NCBI GenBank assembly: GCA_000004695.1
Contig: CM000153.2
Location: forward strand, 2,016,001 to 2,080,000
From: Dictyostelium discoideum
Taxonomy: Eukaryota
Reading direction: 5' to 3'
DNA: 64,000 bases
Of this stretch, positions 39,453 through 50,315 are shown in pieces. The position numbers and the translations under genes are program-made. Within the stretch, counting starts at the first letter, position 1, and every line of letters begins with the position of its first letter. The notes below the pieces were generated by a model. The model searched no databases. It had not been told where the DNA came from and was given only the letters and a program-made list of their open reading frames with translations.

Positions 39453-40850
39453 TTATATTTTATTTAATTTAATTTTAAAATAATTTGAAGGTAAACAAAC
39501 TTCATTGATTGGTTTATATTTTAAATTTTTAAATGGTGTTACACCAGATTTTAAAAGTTGATAATGTCTTAACATTGCACATTCAAATTCACGAATTATA
39601 AAACCAGGTTTATAAGGATAATTATTTACACCTTTCCATTGCTCAATTGCAGTTTCATTTGTTCTCCAATTGAGAAGGATTTTATTATACTCATCATCAT
39701 TTTGATCTAAATAAATTAAATGATTTGCTAATTCCTGTGTAGAGTTAAAATCACCAACGTATATATAAGAATTGTATGGTAAATATTTGATAGTACTTGG
39801 ATGACCCATAAATATTGGTACGGAACCAGCAGTCAATGCATCCAATACTTTCTCAGATACGTAATCTTTACAAATTGAATTCTCAAAAACAATTGTAAAT
39901 TTATATTTTGTTATTACTTCTTTCTTTTTTGCAAAAGGATCATTTGATAATCTTTTTAGTATTTCTTGTGTTGGCATATTATTTAAACAGTGGCCATACG
40001 AATCGATAACTATATATTTCATTAATTCTTGAACGTATTCTAAACGATTAGATCGTACATCTTGACAATTTGAGCAGAACCAATTCGCCAATGGGAGTGA
40101 TGGTATTTGGTGAGGTTGTAGTGCACTTAGATTAGTGGTTTTCATAATTTGGTAATCTTTTTTAAATTGATTTTTAATTTCTACCATATCGCGTGCTGGT
40201 ATGAAATTATATGTTTTAAATGCGCTGGTTTTATGTGTATCGAATCCCGTTCTAATATCAGATTGTGCTTCGTAGGATACTTTAAAATTGAAAATTTTAT
40301 AACAAGTTTGATTGAATGAACAATGTCTGAGATGTGGTGGCTCTAATGCAATTATCATTCTTGGTATGGACTGGTTGTACTCTCTATCGGGGTACTGAAA
40401 TTGTATGCCTGAATCATTGTATATCTCCATGTCCACTGTTTGGTTTGGGTACATTGGTTTCTTTATTAAATAGTACCATCTTTTGTCGTCAATTCCTCTA
40501 CATCTTCTTGCTATATTATCATCTGTTGGCCTGTCAAATGATCCTAAAAATTTCAAATACACTAAATCCGATGGTACACCATCTGGCACCTGCTCAAGTG
40601 GTAGGTCGTCCTCACCTGCAAGTATATTATTTTGATCTTGAAAATCATTATCTAGATTATAAATATTATGGTGATATTTTTGATGTTCTGGACTATAAAT
40701 ATCAACCTCATCCTCAGATCCATAAAAAAATACATTTGCATCATCATCATCAAATAAACTATATTTTAAAATATTAAATCCTATAATAATTAATATTATA
40801 TAAAAATAAATTATTAAAAGTTTTCTTGAGAATGGTTTTATCCTTTTCAT
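39453..40850 (-). CDS. GT10-family alpha-1,3-fucosyltransferase-like type II membrane protein (paralogue 1 of 3)
   Basis: N-terminal signal-anchor LLIIYFYIILIIIGFNIL. C-terminal GT10 motifs ..KYKFTIVFENSICKDYVSEKVLDALTAGSVPIFMGHPSTIKYLP..YVGDF..LANHLIYLDQNDDEYNKILLNWR (FucT motif YKFxLAFENS..DYVTEK...AG.VPVV.G). Single 465-aa ORF. Confidence 0.75.
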   Translation of the reverse strand: MKRIKPFSRKLLIIYFYIILIIIGFNILKYSLFDDDDANVFFYGSEDEVDIYSPEHQKYHHNIYNLDNDFQDQNNILAGEDDLPLEQVPDGVPSDLVYLKFLGSFDRPTDDNIARRCRGIDDKRWYYLIKKPMYPNQTVDMEIYNDSGIQFQYPDREYNQSIPRMIIALEPPHLRHCSFNQTCYKIFNFKVSYEAQSDIRTGFDTHKTSAFKTYNFIPARDMVEIKNQFKKDYQIMKTTNLSALQPHQIPSLPLANWFCSNCQDVRSNRLEYVQELMKYIVIDSYGHCLNNMPTQEILKRLSNDPFAKKKEVITKYKFTIVFENSICKDYVSEKVLDALTAGSVPIFMGHPSTIKYLPYNSYIYVGDFNSTQELANHLIYLDQNDDEYNKILLNWRTNETAIEQWKGVNNYPYKPGFIIREFECAMLRHYQLLKSGVTPFKNLKYKPINEVCLPSNYFKIKLNKI

Positions 40851-41781
40851 TTTTTATTATTATTATTATTTTTATTATTATTTATAGTACAACTATTATT
40901 ATTATTATTATTATTTTACTATTACTATTATTATTTATTTTTATTTATTGTCATATATTAATTATTTTTTGTTTTTTGTTTTTTTTTTTTGTAAGCATCT
41001 TGAAAAATAAAAAAATTAAATTAAAAATAAATTAAAATTTGGTTTATCATTTTAAAAAAAAAAAAAAAAGTGCAATGTGTTTTTATTTTTTTCTTTTTTT
41101 TTTCTTTTTTTTTTTCTATATTTTTTTTTTTTTTGTTTTTTTTTTTATTTTAAAAATGAAATGCTCAAATGCCATATTTTTTATTTTTTTGAGATTTGTT
41201 TTTCTTTTCCCTTTTTTTTTTTTTTTTTTTTTTTAAAAACAATGGTTTTTGGATTTTTTTGGTCTTCCTTTTTTTAGAATTTTCCTTTTTTTTTTTTTTT
41301 TTTTTTTAAAAACAATATATCCAACTCATATTTAATCTAATATTATTTTTATTATTATGATATTGATGAGAGGAAAAAAAAAAACTAAGCCAAACTCCAA
41401 AGTTTTCAAAGAAATAGGAAGGTCCAAAAAAAGAAAAAAAAATATATGATTTTATATAAGGTAGAAAATTTATCACTTACCAAATTTCTTTTTTTTTTTT
41501 TTTTTTTAATCCAATTTAATTGAACTGAATCTTGATTTATTTTAAAATAATAAGTAAAAAAAAAAAAAAAAAAACAATTGTAAAATTTGAATTTATTTTT
41601 TTTTTTGTATTTTTTTTTTGTTTTTATTATAATAATTATATGTATGTTTTTATTTAACTCGATTAATCAGTGAGATATTAATTAGTGAGATAAGTTGAAA
41701 AAAAAAAAAAAAAAAAATAAAAAAAAAAAACCATTACCCAAAAACTTTTTTTTATTTTTAAATTTAAAAATAATTTTTTTT

Positions 41782-41824
<43 letters not shown>

Positions 41825-41884
41825 ACGTAGCCATAATATCTTTTTTTTAGTTTTTAAATAAATAATATAACTATTGTAACATTA

Positions 41885-41919
<35 letters not shown>

Positions 41920-42105
41920 CAGTAAATAATAATTTTTACAAACTATTAATAAACTTCTAAAATAACTGTACTATAAATAAATATATAACCAAATAAAAAC
42001 CCCCACTACCACCATTTTTTTTTTTTCCAAACCCAAAAAAAAAAAAAAAAATAATAAAAAAAAAATACAAAAAAAAAACAAAAATAGAACATAAAATAAT
42101 AATAA

Positions 42106-42146
<41 letters not shown>

Positions 42147-42244
42147 TAATATAATAATAAATAATAAATAATAACGAAAATAGTTGAACCAAATAAAATA
42201 ATATATAATAAATAGATACTCATATAAAATATTAATTAATTAAT

Positions 42245-45200
42245 ATGAGTACTGGTTTAAAATGTTCGTCATGTGGTGCTTCAAATAGTAGTACATCAAA
42301 GTTTTGTACATCGTGTGGCAACAAAATGGCGGTGACAACAACGGCGGCATCGTCACCAACAGCACCATCAAAATCATTTTTAGCGCCAACGATTTCAAAA
42401 GTTACAGTTACCACAACTACAACAACTTCAAGTAGACCAGCATCAACAATAGTTAAACCATCACACTCAACTACAACAACAACAACAACAAGTAGACCAG
42501 CGTCAACAATTGTTAAACCAACAACAACCACAACAGCATCAACAGCATCAACTACACCAACAAAATCGATTTTAAAACCAACCACACATGTAACATCACC
42601 ATCAACAACAACAACAACAACAACAAATAATAATACAATCCCATCAAAATCAATTTTAAAACCAGTTTCTACAACTGTGTCTACACCTAAAACAACAGAA
42701 CCTTTAACAAGACCAAAATCTCACACAATTTCAGTTGGTACAGGTAGTAAGCCAACCACCACCACTACCACATCATCACCATCATCAACATCATTTGTAA
42801 AAATGGCAGCAAAGAGTAGAGAAAGTTTAGATAATCAAGCACAAAGAGATACAATGGTACTTCAAGGTTCTACATCAACACCTTTACCATCTTCAAAAAG
42901 TACTTTACAAATTAAGAAACCAACAACAACAACAACAACAACAACACCACCAACAAGTAGACCAGCATCAATGTCAGTATCAGTATCAACACCAAAACCA
43001 ATTCCATCCACCACCACTACAATCAATAAAACGACAGCAACAACAACAACAACACCGAATAAAACAAGTTCATCACCATCATCACCATCATTAATTGATA
43101 AACAAAAAGAGGCGGAAAGATTAGAAAAACAAATTCAAATTGAAAAAGAGAAATTCCATCAAAAAGAGAGAGAAATTGAACAAAATCGTCAACAGCAATA
43201 TGAAAAAGAGAAACAAGTTGAACGTGAAAAACTTGAACGTGAAAAAGAGAAACTAATTCAAATTGAACGTGAGAAATTCGAACGTGAAAAACAACAACAA
43301 CAAGACAAAGATGAACGTGAAAAACATAAACAACATGAAAAAGAAGAGCGTGAAAAACATAAACAACATGAAAGAGAAGAACGTGAACAAGAAAAACTAC
43401 ATCAAAAACAATTGGAAAAAGAACGTGAACAAGAAAAGCTACATCAAAAACAATTGGAAAAGGAAGAGAAAGAGAAACAACATCAAGAACGTGAAAAATT
43501 AAAACAATTTGAAAAAGATGAAAAAGAAAGAATTAGAAAATTAGAACGTGAAAAATATTTTTCAACACCACAACCACAAACAACCAGTAATTCAATAAAT
43601 CCAACACCATCATCACCATCAATTTCTTCACCATCATTAATTGCTAGTGGTGGTAGTATTAACAACGGCAACAACAACAACAGTCACAATGATAGTGGTG
43701 ACGAAGATTCAACAACTACAATCGCAACAACAACAACAACAACAACAACAACAACCAATAAAAAGAAAAGAGATAAAGAAAAACAAAAATCAAGAATATT
43801 TTCATTATTTTCCAGAATAAAAGATGATGAAGAAAATGATGAAGATGAATTAGTAATATCAAGTCCATCATCACCACCACCACCATCATCACCTACAGTA
43901 TCACCAACACCTGATAATCCAAACCAATCATCATTTAATATTTATGAAAAGGATAGTGGTGATATTAGGGATAGTGGTGATTTTTCAAATAATGGTGGTA
44001 CTATTGGTGAAGGTCAATTAAGAAAATGGGCTATTAAAAGGAATGAATTACAAAAATCTGAAGGAAATTTATTTGCACCATCATCACCATCACAAACCTC
44101 ACTTTCTGGTGCAGGTTTCCCAATTGGTTCACATAGTCCAAATAGTAGTAGTGGTTCATTGAATTTAGCATTAAATGGTAATGGTAATGGTTGTAGTAAT
44201 AATAATTTGGGAGCTACTACATCACCATTACCAATATCATCATTTATACCATCATCATCACCAATGGTTGGTAATAATAATAATTCACCATCAGGATTTC
44301 AAATGGGAACATCACGTATATCATCACCAAATCCACCACCAGATTTACCAAATAATTTACCACAAGCCATTGAACAACGTGATCGTGTAATTGAAGAGAT
44401 TATAGTGACAGAAGCCGATTATATTAGAGATTTAGAGATTATGGTTTGGTTAAAGAAAGAGATGACAATTCATGACAATGATACAACCAAAGGTAGTACA
44501 TTGGAAGAAATTAATTCATTATTTAGTAATGTTGAACAGTTATTATTGGTAAATAAAGAATTGTATAAAAAGTTTTGTAATTTTGATAATTCATTCAATA
44601 CAAAGGTTGAAGATGGTGGTGATGGTAGTGAAAAACCATTGTCATTTATAGACCATATTGCAAGTGGATTCGTTAGTATGGCAGATTTCTTAAAGTCTTA
44701 TTTCGTTTATTGTAGTAATCAACAAAAGGCGTTATCAACATTCTCTGCATTAAAGGGTAAAAATTGTACATATTTAGCATACCTATTGACAAGAAGAGAA
44801 TGTAGGTCATTACCATTCGATAGTTTCTTAATTAAACCAGTTCAAAGAGTTTGTAAATACCCATTATTAATTAGAGAGCTAATTAAAACCACACCACAAG
44901 ATTCCAAATCCTATGAGAATTTAATTAATGCTCAAAGTAAAATTGAGAGTATTGTATTCGCTGTCAATGAAAAGAAGAGAGAATTTGACTCACAAATGAA
45001 AATGCTTGACATTCAAAATGGAATCATTGAGTCTGGTGACACCACCACAAAGATTCTATCACCAAGTAGAAAGTTAATAAAAGAGGGTTCCATACAAAGT
45101 TGGGGTTCAACCATACCAACTGGTACACGTGATTTCATTTTCAAAAAGAAGAATAAAGAAGGTTACTATTACCTCTTTAATGATCTTTTTTTATATGCTG

Positions 45201-45757
45201 AAATTAAAAATGATAATTCAATTAAAGTCAAATCTGAAATACCTTTTGAACATTCTGTAATTTGTGATACATTACTCGATAATTGTGCATTTGATATTAA
45301 AAACAAAAATCTATGGTGTATGTTCTCTTTAGAAACCCTTGAAGAAAAACAATTAATTTTTAAAGAAATTGAATCTCAAATGTTATCTTATCAAGGTCTA
45401 TTACAAGAATATCAAAAATATGTTGATGATAGAAATTGTACTTCTGGTAGTAGTAGTAGTAGTAGTAATAATAGAAATTCAACCATTTCAAATAATGGCT
45501 CCACTGCTTTAACCAATGGTACTAGTAGTAGTAATTTATCATTATCTTCAAATTCTATAACTTTAAATGGAGCTTCATCTTCATCATCTTCCTCTGAATT
45601 ATTATCAATTGAAGAATGGAAATTATTAGTTAAAAATAAACCGTTACCTGCATTACCCACAACTTCAAATAATAATAATAGTAATAATAACTCGCCATCA
45701 ATATCCAGAATTAATAAAGCATTACCAACTCCTCCTCCACCACCATCAAAAAATTAA
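42245..45757 (+). CDS. Rho guanine-nucleotide exchange factor (DH-PH) with N-terminal RanBP2-type zinc finger (C-x2-C-x3-N-x6-C-x2-C), Thr/Ser-rich low-complexity region and an E/R/K-rich charged single alpha-helix segment
   Basis: KCSSCGASNSSTSKFCTSCGNK at residues 6-27. EREKLEREKEKLIQIEREKFEREKQQ..EEREKHKQHE.. ER/K tract. DH domain AIEQRDRVIEEIIVTEADYIRDLEIMVWLKKEM..LFSNVEQLLLVNKELYKKF..QQKALSTFSAL, followed by a PH-like region. Single 1170-aa ORF. Confidence 0.75.
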   Translation: MSTGLKCSSCGASNSSTSKFCTSCGNKMAVTTTAASSPTAPSKSFLAPTISKVTVTTTTTTSSRPASTIVKPSHSTTTTTTTSRPASTIVKPTTTTTASTASTTPTKSILKPTTHVTSPSTTTTTTTNNNTIPSKSILKPVSTTVSTPKTTEPLTRPKSHTISVGTGSKPTTTTTTSSPSSTSFVKMAAKSRESLDNQAQRDTMVLQGSTSTPLPSSKSTLQIKKPTTTTTTTTPPTSRPASMSVSVSTPKPIPSTTTTINKTTATTTTTPNKTSSSPSSPSLIDKQKEAERLEKQIQIEKEKFHQKEREIEQNRQQQYEKEKQVEREKLEREKEKLIQIEREKFEREKQQQQDKDEREKHKQHEKEEREKHKQHEREEREQEKLHQKQLEKEREQEKLHQKQLEKEEKEKQHQEREKLKQFEKDEKERIRKLEREKYFSTPQPQTTSNSINPTPSSPSISSPSLIASGGSINNGNNNNSHNDSGDEDSTTTIATTTTTTTTTTNKKKRDKEKQKSRIFSLFSRIKDDEENDEDELVISSPSSPPPPSSPTVSPTPDNPNQSSFNIYEKDSGDIRDSGDFSNNGGTIGEGQLRKWAIKRNELQKSEGNLFAPSSPSQTSLSGAGFPIGSHSPNSSSGSLNLALNGNGNGCSNNNLGATTSPLPISSFIPSSSPMVGNNNNSPSGFQMGTSRISSPNPPPDLPNNLPQAIEQRDRVIEEIIVTEADYIRDLEIMVWLKKEMTIHDNDTTKGSTLEEINSLFSNVEQLLLVNKELYKKFCNFDNSFNTKVEDGGDGSEKPLSFIDHIASGFVSMADFLKSYFVYCSNQQKALSTFSALKGKNCTYLAYLLTRRECRSLPFDSFLIKPVQRVCKYPLLIRELIKTTPQDSKSYENLINAQSKIESIVFAVNEKKREFDSQMKMLDIQNGIIESGDTTTKILSPSRKLIKEGSIQSWGSTIPTGTRDFIFKKKNKEGYYYLFNDLFLYAEIKNDNSIKVKSEIPFEHSVICDTLLDNCAFDIKNKNLWCMFSLETLEEKQLIFKEIESQMLSYQGLLQEYQKYVDDRNCTSGSSSSSSNNRNSTISNNGSTALTNGTSSSNLSLSSNSITLNGASSSSSSSELLSIEEWKLLVKNKPLPALPTTSNNNNSNNNSPSISRINKALPTPPPPPSKN

Positions 45758-45933
45758 AAAATTTTAAAAATAATAATAATAATAAAAAAAGACTTTTAAA
45801 AATTTATATAATTATAATTAAATTAGAATAGAAATTAAAGTATATTTAAAGTATACTTGATGTTTTATTTAAAATTTTACTTTATTATTTTTTTTTTTTT
45901 TTTAATTTTTTTTTTTTTTTTTTTTAGAAAAAT

Positions 45934-47304
45934 TTAATTATATTTATCACCATTTTTAATATATTCAATATCTTTAGCAACCATTTCTTTAACGAGTTCA
46001 CCAAAAGAAGTTTTAATTTGCCATTGTAATAATTTCTTTGCTTTATTTGGATTACCAAGTAAAAGATCAACTTCAGTTGGTCTGTAATATTTCTCATCAA
46101 TTTTAACGTAAACTTTACCAGTCTTTTCACAGTAACCTTCTTCTTTTTCTGCTTCACCTCTCCATTTGATGATGATATCAATTTCTTTGAATGATTTTTC
46201 AACAAATTCACGAACTGAATGAGTTTCACCAGTGGCAATAACGAAATCTTCTGGCTTCTCTTGTTGTAACATTAACCACATTGCTTCAACGTAATCTCTA
46301 GCGTGACCCCAATCACGTTTAGCGTTGATATTACCCAAGTAGAGAATTTCATCTCTACCACATGCAATACCAGCAACGAAACGAGTGATCTTTCTAGTTA
46401 CAAAAGTTGGACCTCTACGTGGTGATTCATGATTGAATAAGATACCATTACATGCATACATATCGTAAGCCTCACGATAGTTTACAACGATCCAATAGGC
46501 ATATTGCTTTGCGACAGCGTATGGTGAACGTGGATAGAATGGTGTGGTCTCTGATTGTGGAATCTCTTGAACTTTACCATATAATTCAGAGGTTGAAGCT
46601 TGATAATATTTAACCTTTTTCTCCATACCACAACTACGAATTGCATCCAATAAACGAAGACAACCTAAACCATCAACATCACCTGTATATTCTGACATAT
46701 CAAATGAAACTTTAACATGACTTTGTGCACCTAAATTATAAATTTCAGTTGGATTAACTTTTGAAACAATACTATGTAAATTCTATTTAAAAAAAAAATA
46801 TATATAGTATTTTTTTTTTTTTTTTTTTTTTTTAAATCTAAAGATTTACGTACACTAGCATCTGTTAAATCACCATAATGTAAAGTAAGTGATTCTTTTT
46901 TTAAAAAAATGAAATAAATAAATAAAAATTAATAAATTTGAATAATTTTTGATTAAAGTAAAGTATTTTAAAATCAATATATGTGTGTGTGTGTGTGTAT
47001 TAAGTTACTTTTTCCTTCAACATGTCGATCTTGATATAAATGTTTTTTACAATGGTATTAAAATGATGAAAGATCTTCTGAATAATACCATGAACATAAT
47101 AGCCCTTACTAATAAGGAACTCTGTTAAATATGAACCATCTTGACCCTAATTTTTTTTTTTTTTTTTTTTGGTCGATTAGTATTTTTAAATTTTTTTTTT
47201 TTTTTTGATTAAAAAAAAAAATGAAAAATAATAATAATAATAAATAAATTAAAAATATTTACAGTAATACCAGTAATTAATGCTACTTTACGTTCTTCAC
47301 TCAT
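45934..47304 (-). CDS. gmd: GDP-mannose 4,6-dehydratase (first enzyme of GDP-fucose synthesis); exons 47263..47304, 47009..47146, 46854..46894, 45934..46782. Phase at the exon 2/3 junction could not be reconciled with canonical sites (1-nt discrepancy)
   Basis: [14 protein letters not shown]|[22 protein letters not shown]...|[14 protein letters not shown]|[136 protein letters not shown] matches GMD end to end (Rossmann TGxxGxxG, YxxxK, NHESPRRG). Confidence 0.88.
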
Positions 47305-48095
47305 TGTTATTTATATATATATATATGTATTTATAATTATTGTTTGTTGAAGGGTGAAATTCAAAACAAAATTAATTTAAAAAAAAAAATAAAAATAAAA
47401 AATGAAAAATAAAAAAAAAAAGAAAAAAAAAAAATAAAAAAATTATTTTTTCAAATTGTTGTTCTAAAAAAAAAAAAAAAAAAAAAATGATGAAAGGTGG
47501 CAAATGGTTGAAATTTTTTTTTGACCCTAAAAAAATGAAGTTTTTTCCACTCTCCTAAATTTTTTTTTTAAAAAATATAAAAAACAAAAGCTTTTTTAAA
47601 AAATAAAAAAAAGACATCAGCAACGACAGCACTCGCCAAAACAAAACTTATTTCTCTAACAAATAAATAAATTTTGCTTTTTTTTGGTGAAAAAGGTAAT
47701 AAAAAGAAAAAAAAAAAAAAAAAAAAATAAAAATAAAAAATAATAAAAGATTTAAGCAATTTACCCAAAAAAAAAAAAAAAAAAAACTGCCCATATCCAA
47801 AAAAACTAAAAATAAATAAAAAAAAAAAATAATAAAATAAAAAAAAAATAAAAATTTTGAAACACTACTCAAATTTTTTTTTTTATTTTATTTTAATTTT
47901 TTTTTGTCAAATTTTTTTTTTTTTTTTTTAAATCCCTTGCCATAGCCCAACACCCAACAAAAGAAATAATAAAATAATAAAATAATAAAATAAATATAAT
48001 AATTGTAGAAGTAATAGTAGTTGTGGTAGTAGTAATAATAATAATAATAATAATTGTAATAATAAAAACTAATAATAATAATAAAAATAATAAAA

Positions 48096-49487
48096 ATGAA
48101 AAATTTTGCTTCACCATTAAAAAAAGTTTTTATACTATGTTTTATATTAACAATAATAATAATAGGATATAATATTATAAATGAAAGTATAGAATTTACA
48201 GATGTTTTTTATTTTCAACAAAGTAAAAGTTTTGAACAAACTAGGGATCCAAACCAAGTTGAAACAATATATACAAAATATAATGTAGATGGTGATGATA
48301 CGACAAAGAATTACCTTTACGAGGGTGAACATGTAATTGAAAATTATAAAAGTTTAAATATATCCTCAGAGTATTTGGTACTGTTCAATTATATTGGATA
48401 TTTTGAATATAGAATTCCAAATGATGCAGCATTCAAATGTCAAGGACTCGACGACAACTTTTATTATGTCGTCCCTTTGGATAACTCGACAGCAAACATC
48501 GGACACCAACTACCACCACCATCACACCCACCAGTTGATATGGAGATCTATTTCGATATTAAAAACTCATTCCAAATGATAGACGACAGTTCACCAAATC
48601 ATGTGCCAAGAATGTTGATCACATTGGAGCCTCCACCATTTAGAGGATGCGAATTTGAGAAATCATGTGTAGAATCATTTAATTTCAAACTTTCATTCGA
48701 ATCAAAATCAGATGTTAGATTAGGTTTCGATTCAAAAATAAGTCCATTTGAAGAGTTTAGAAAATTACCTTTGTCATTGATTTTGGAAACTCAAAATCAA
48801 TTCAAGAATGATTATGAACAAAGGAAATTAAATAATTCATTACTAGCTCACCAAACATCATTCCCAATGATAGATTGGTTTTGTTCAAATTGTGAAACAC
48901 AATCGAATCGTATTGAATATGTAAAGGAATTAATGAAATATATGGTTGTGGATTCGTATGGAAATTGTCTTAAAAATATGCCAACACCTGATTACCTAGC
49001 CAGAAGATCGGTTGACCCTTTCACTAGAAAGAGACTATTTATTACAAAATATAAATTCACAATTGTTTTTGAAAATTCATTATGTAAAGATTACGTATCT
49101 GAGAAGGTATTGGATGCATTATCGGCTGGTTCCGTACCAATCTTTATGGCTCATCCAAGTACTATCAAATATTTACCATATCAATCTTATATATACGTTG
49201 GTGATTTTGACTCTGCAGAGGAATTAGCAAATCATTTGAAATATTTAGGTGAAAATGATATCGAGTATAATAAATTTCATGCATGGAGATCAAATGAGAC
49301 TGCAATCGATCAATGGAAAGGTGTAAATAATTATCCAAATAAACCTGGTTTTAAATTACTTGAACTTCAATGTCCAATTCTAAGACATTTCCTACGTTTA
49401 AAAACTGGTAAAATACATTTAAAAAATTTAAAATATAAACCATTTGATGAAGTTTGTTTACCATCGACTTATTTTAAAGTAAAATAA
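48096..49487 (+). CDS. GT10-family alpha-1,3-fucosyltransferase-like type II membrane protein (paralogue 2 of 3); divergent from gmd across a ~790-bp shared upstream region
   Basis: 463-aa ORF; signal-anchor VFILCFILTIIIIGYNII. ..KYKFTIVFENSLCKDYVSEKVLDALSAGSVPIFMAHPSTIKYLP..YVGDFDSAEELANHLKYLGENDIEYNKFHAWR. Same architecture and ~55-60% identity to the 39453 and 50316 genes. Confidence 0.75.
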   Translation: MKNFASPLKKVFILCFILTIIIIGYNIINESIEFTDVFYFQQSKSFEQTRDPNQVETIYTKYNVDGDDTTKNYLYEGEHVIENYKSLNISSEYLVLFNYIGYFEYRIPNDAAFKCQGLDDNFYYVVPLDNSTANIGHQLPPPSHPPVDMEIYFDIKNSFQMIDDSSPNHVPRMLITLEPPPFRGCEFEKSCVESFNFKLSFESKSDVRLGFDSKISPFEEFRKLPLSLILETQNQFKNDYEQRKLNNSLLAHQTSFPMIDWFCSNCETQSNRIEYVKELMKYMVVDSYGNCLKNMPTPDYLARRSVDPFTRKRLFITKYKFTIVFENSLCKDYVSEKVLDALSAGSVPIFMAHPSTIKYLPYQSYIYVGDFDSAEELANHLKYLGENDIEYNKFHAWRSNETAIDQWKGVNNYPNKPGFKLLELQCPILRHFLRLKTGKIHLKNLKYKPFDEVCLPSTYFKVK

Positions 49488-49720
49488 ATAAATAAAAAAA
49501 ATAAATAAAAAATAAATAAAAAATTATATTTATAAATTCTCAAAAAAAAATGAAAAAAAAAAAAAAAAAAATGAAACAAATCGTGCGATTTGTTTCCTAA
49601 ACCACTGTAACAGTAAAACAAAAATTTTTTTTTTTTTTTTTCTTATTAATATTATTATTATTATTAGTATTATTATTTTTTTTTACTTTTTTTTTTTTTT
49701 TTCTTATTAATAATATTATT

Positions 49721-49756
<36 letters not shown>

Positions 49757-50102
49757 TCAAATAGTCTCTTTTCCATTTTTTTTAATTTTTCTTTTTTTTC
49801 AAGCTATGGCCACATAAGACATGTCGATTTTTTTGGGTTACATTGAAAAATAATTTTTTTTTTAAAAAGTTTTTTTAAAAAGTTTTTTTAAAAAGTTTTT
49901 TTTTTTTTTTTTTTATTTTCTTTTTATTTTCATAAAGACATTTATTAGGTTGGGTTATCAAAATTATAATTTATTTATTAAAAATAAAAAAAAAAAAAAA
50001 ATAAAAAAAAACAATTTAAATTGTTTGAAAACACACAAAAAAATAAAAAATCAAAAAAAATTAATTTGTTTTTAGGGTGTGTGCTAAAAATAAATAATAA
50101 CA

Positions 50103-50136
<34 letters not shown>

Positions 50137-50315
50137 CAATGTGTTTTTATTTTAATATTTTATTATTATTATAATTATTATTTATTTATTTTCACCAACC
50201 AATTTATTTATTTATTTATTTTTTATTTATCTATACAATTTTTTAAATCTTTTTTTTTTTATTATTTTTTTTTGAAAAAAATAATAATAATAATAATAAT
50301 AAAAAATAAAATAAA

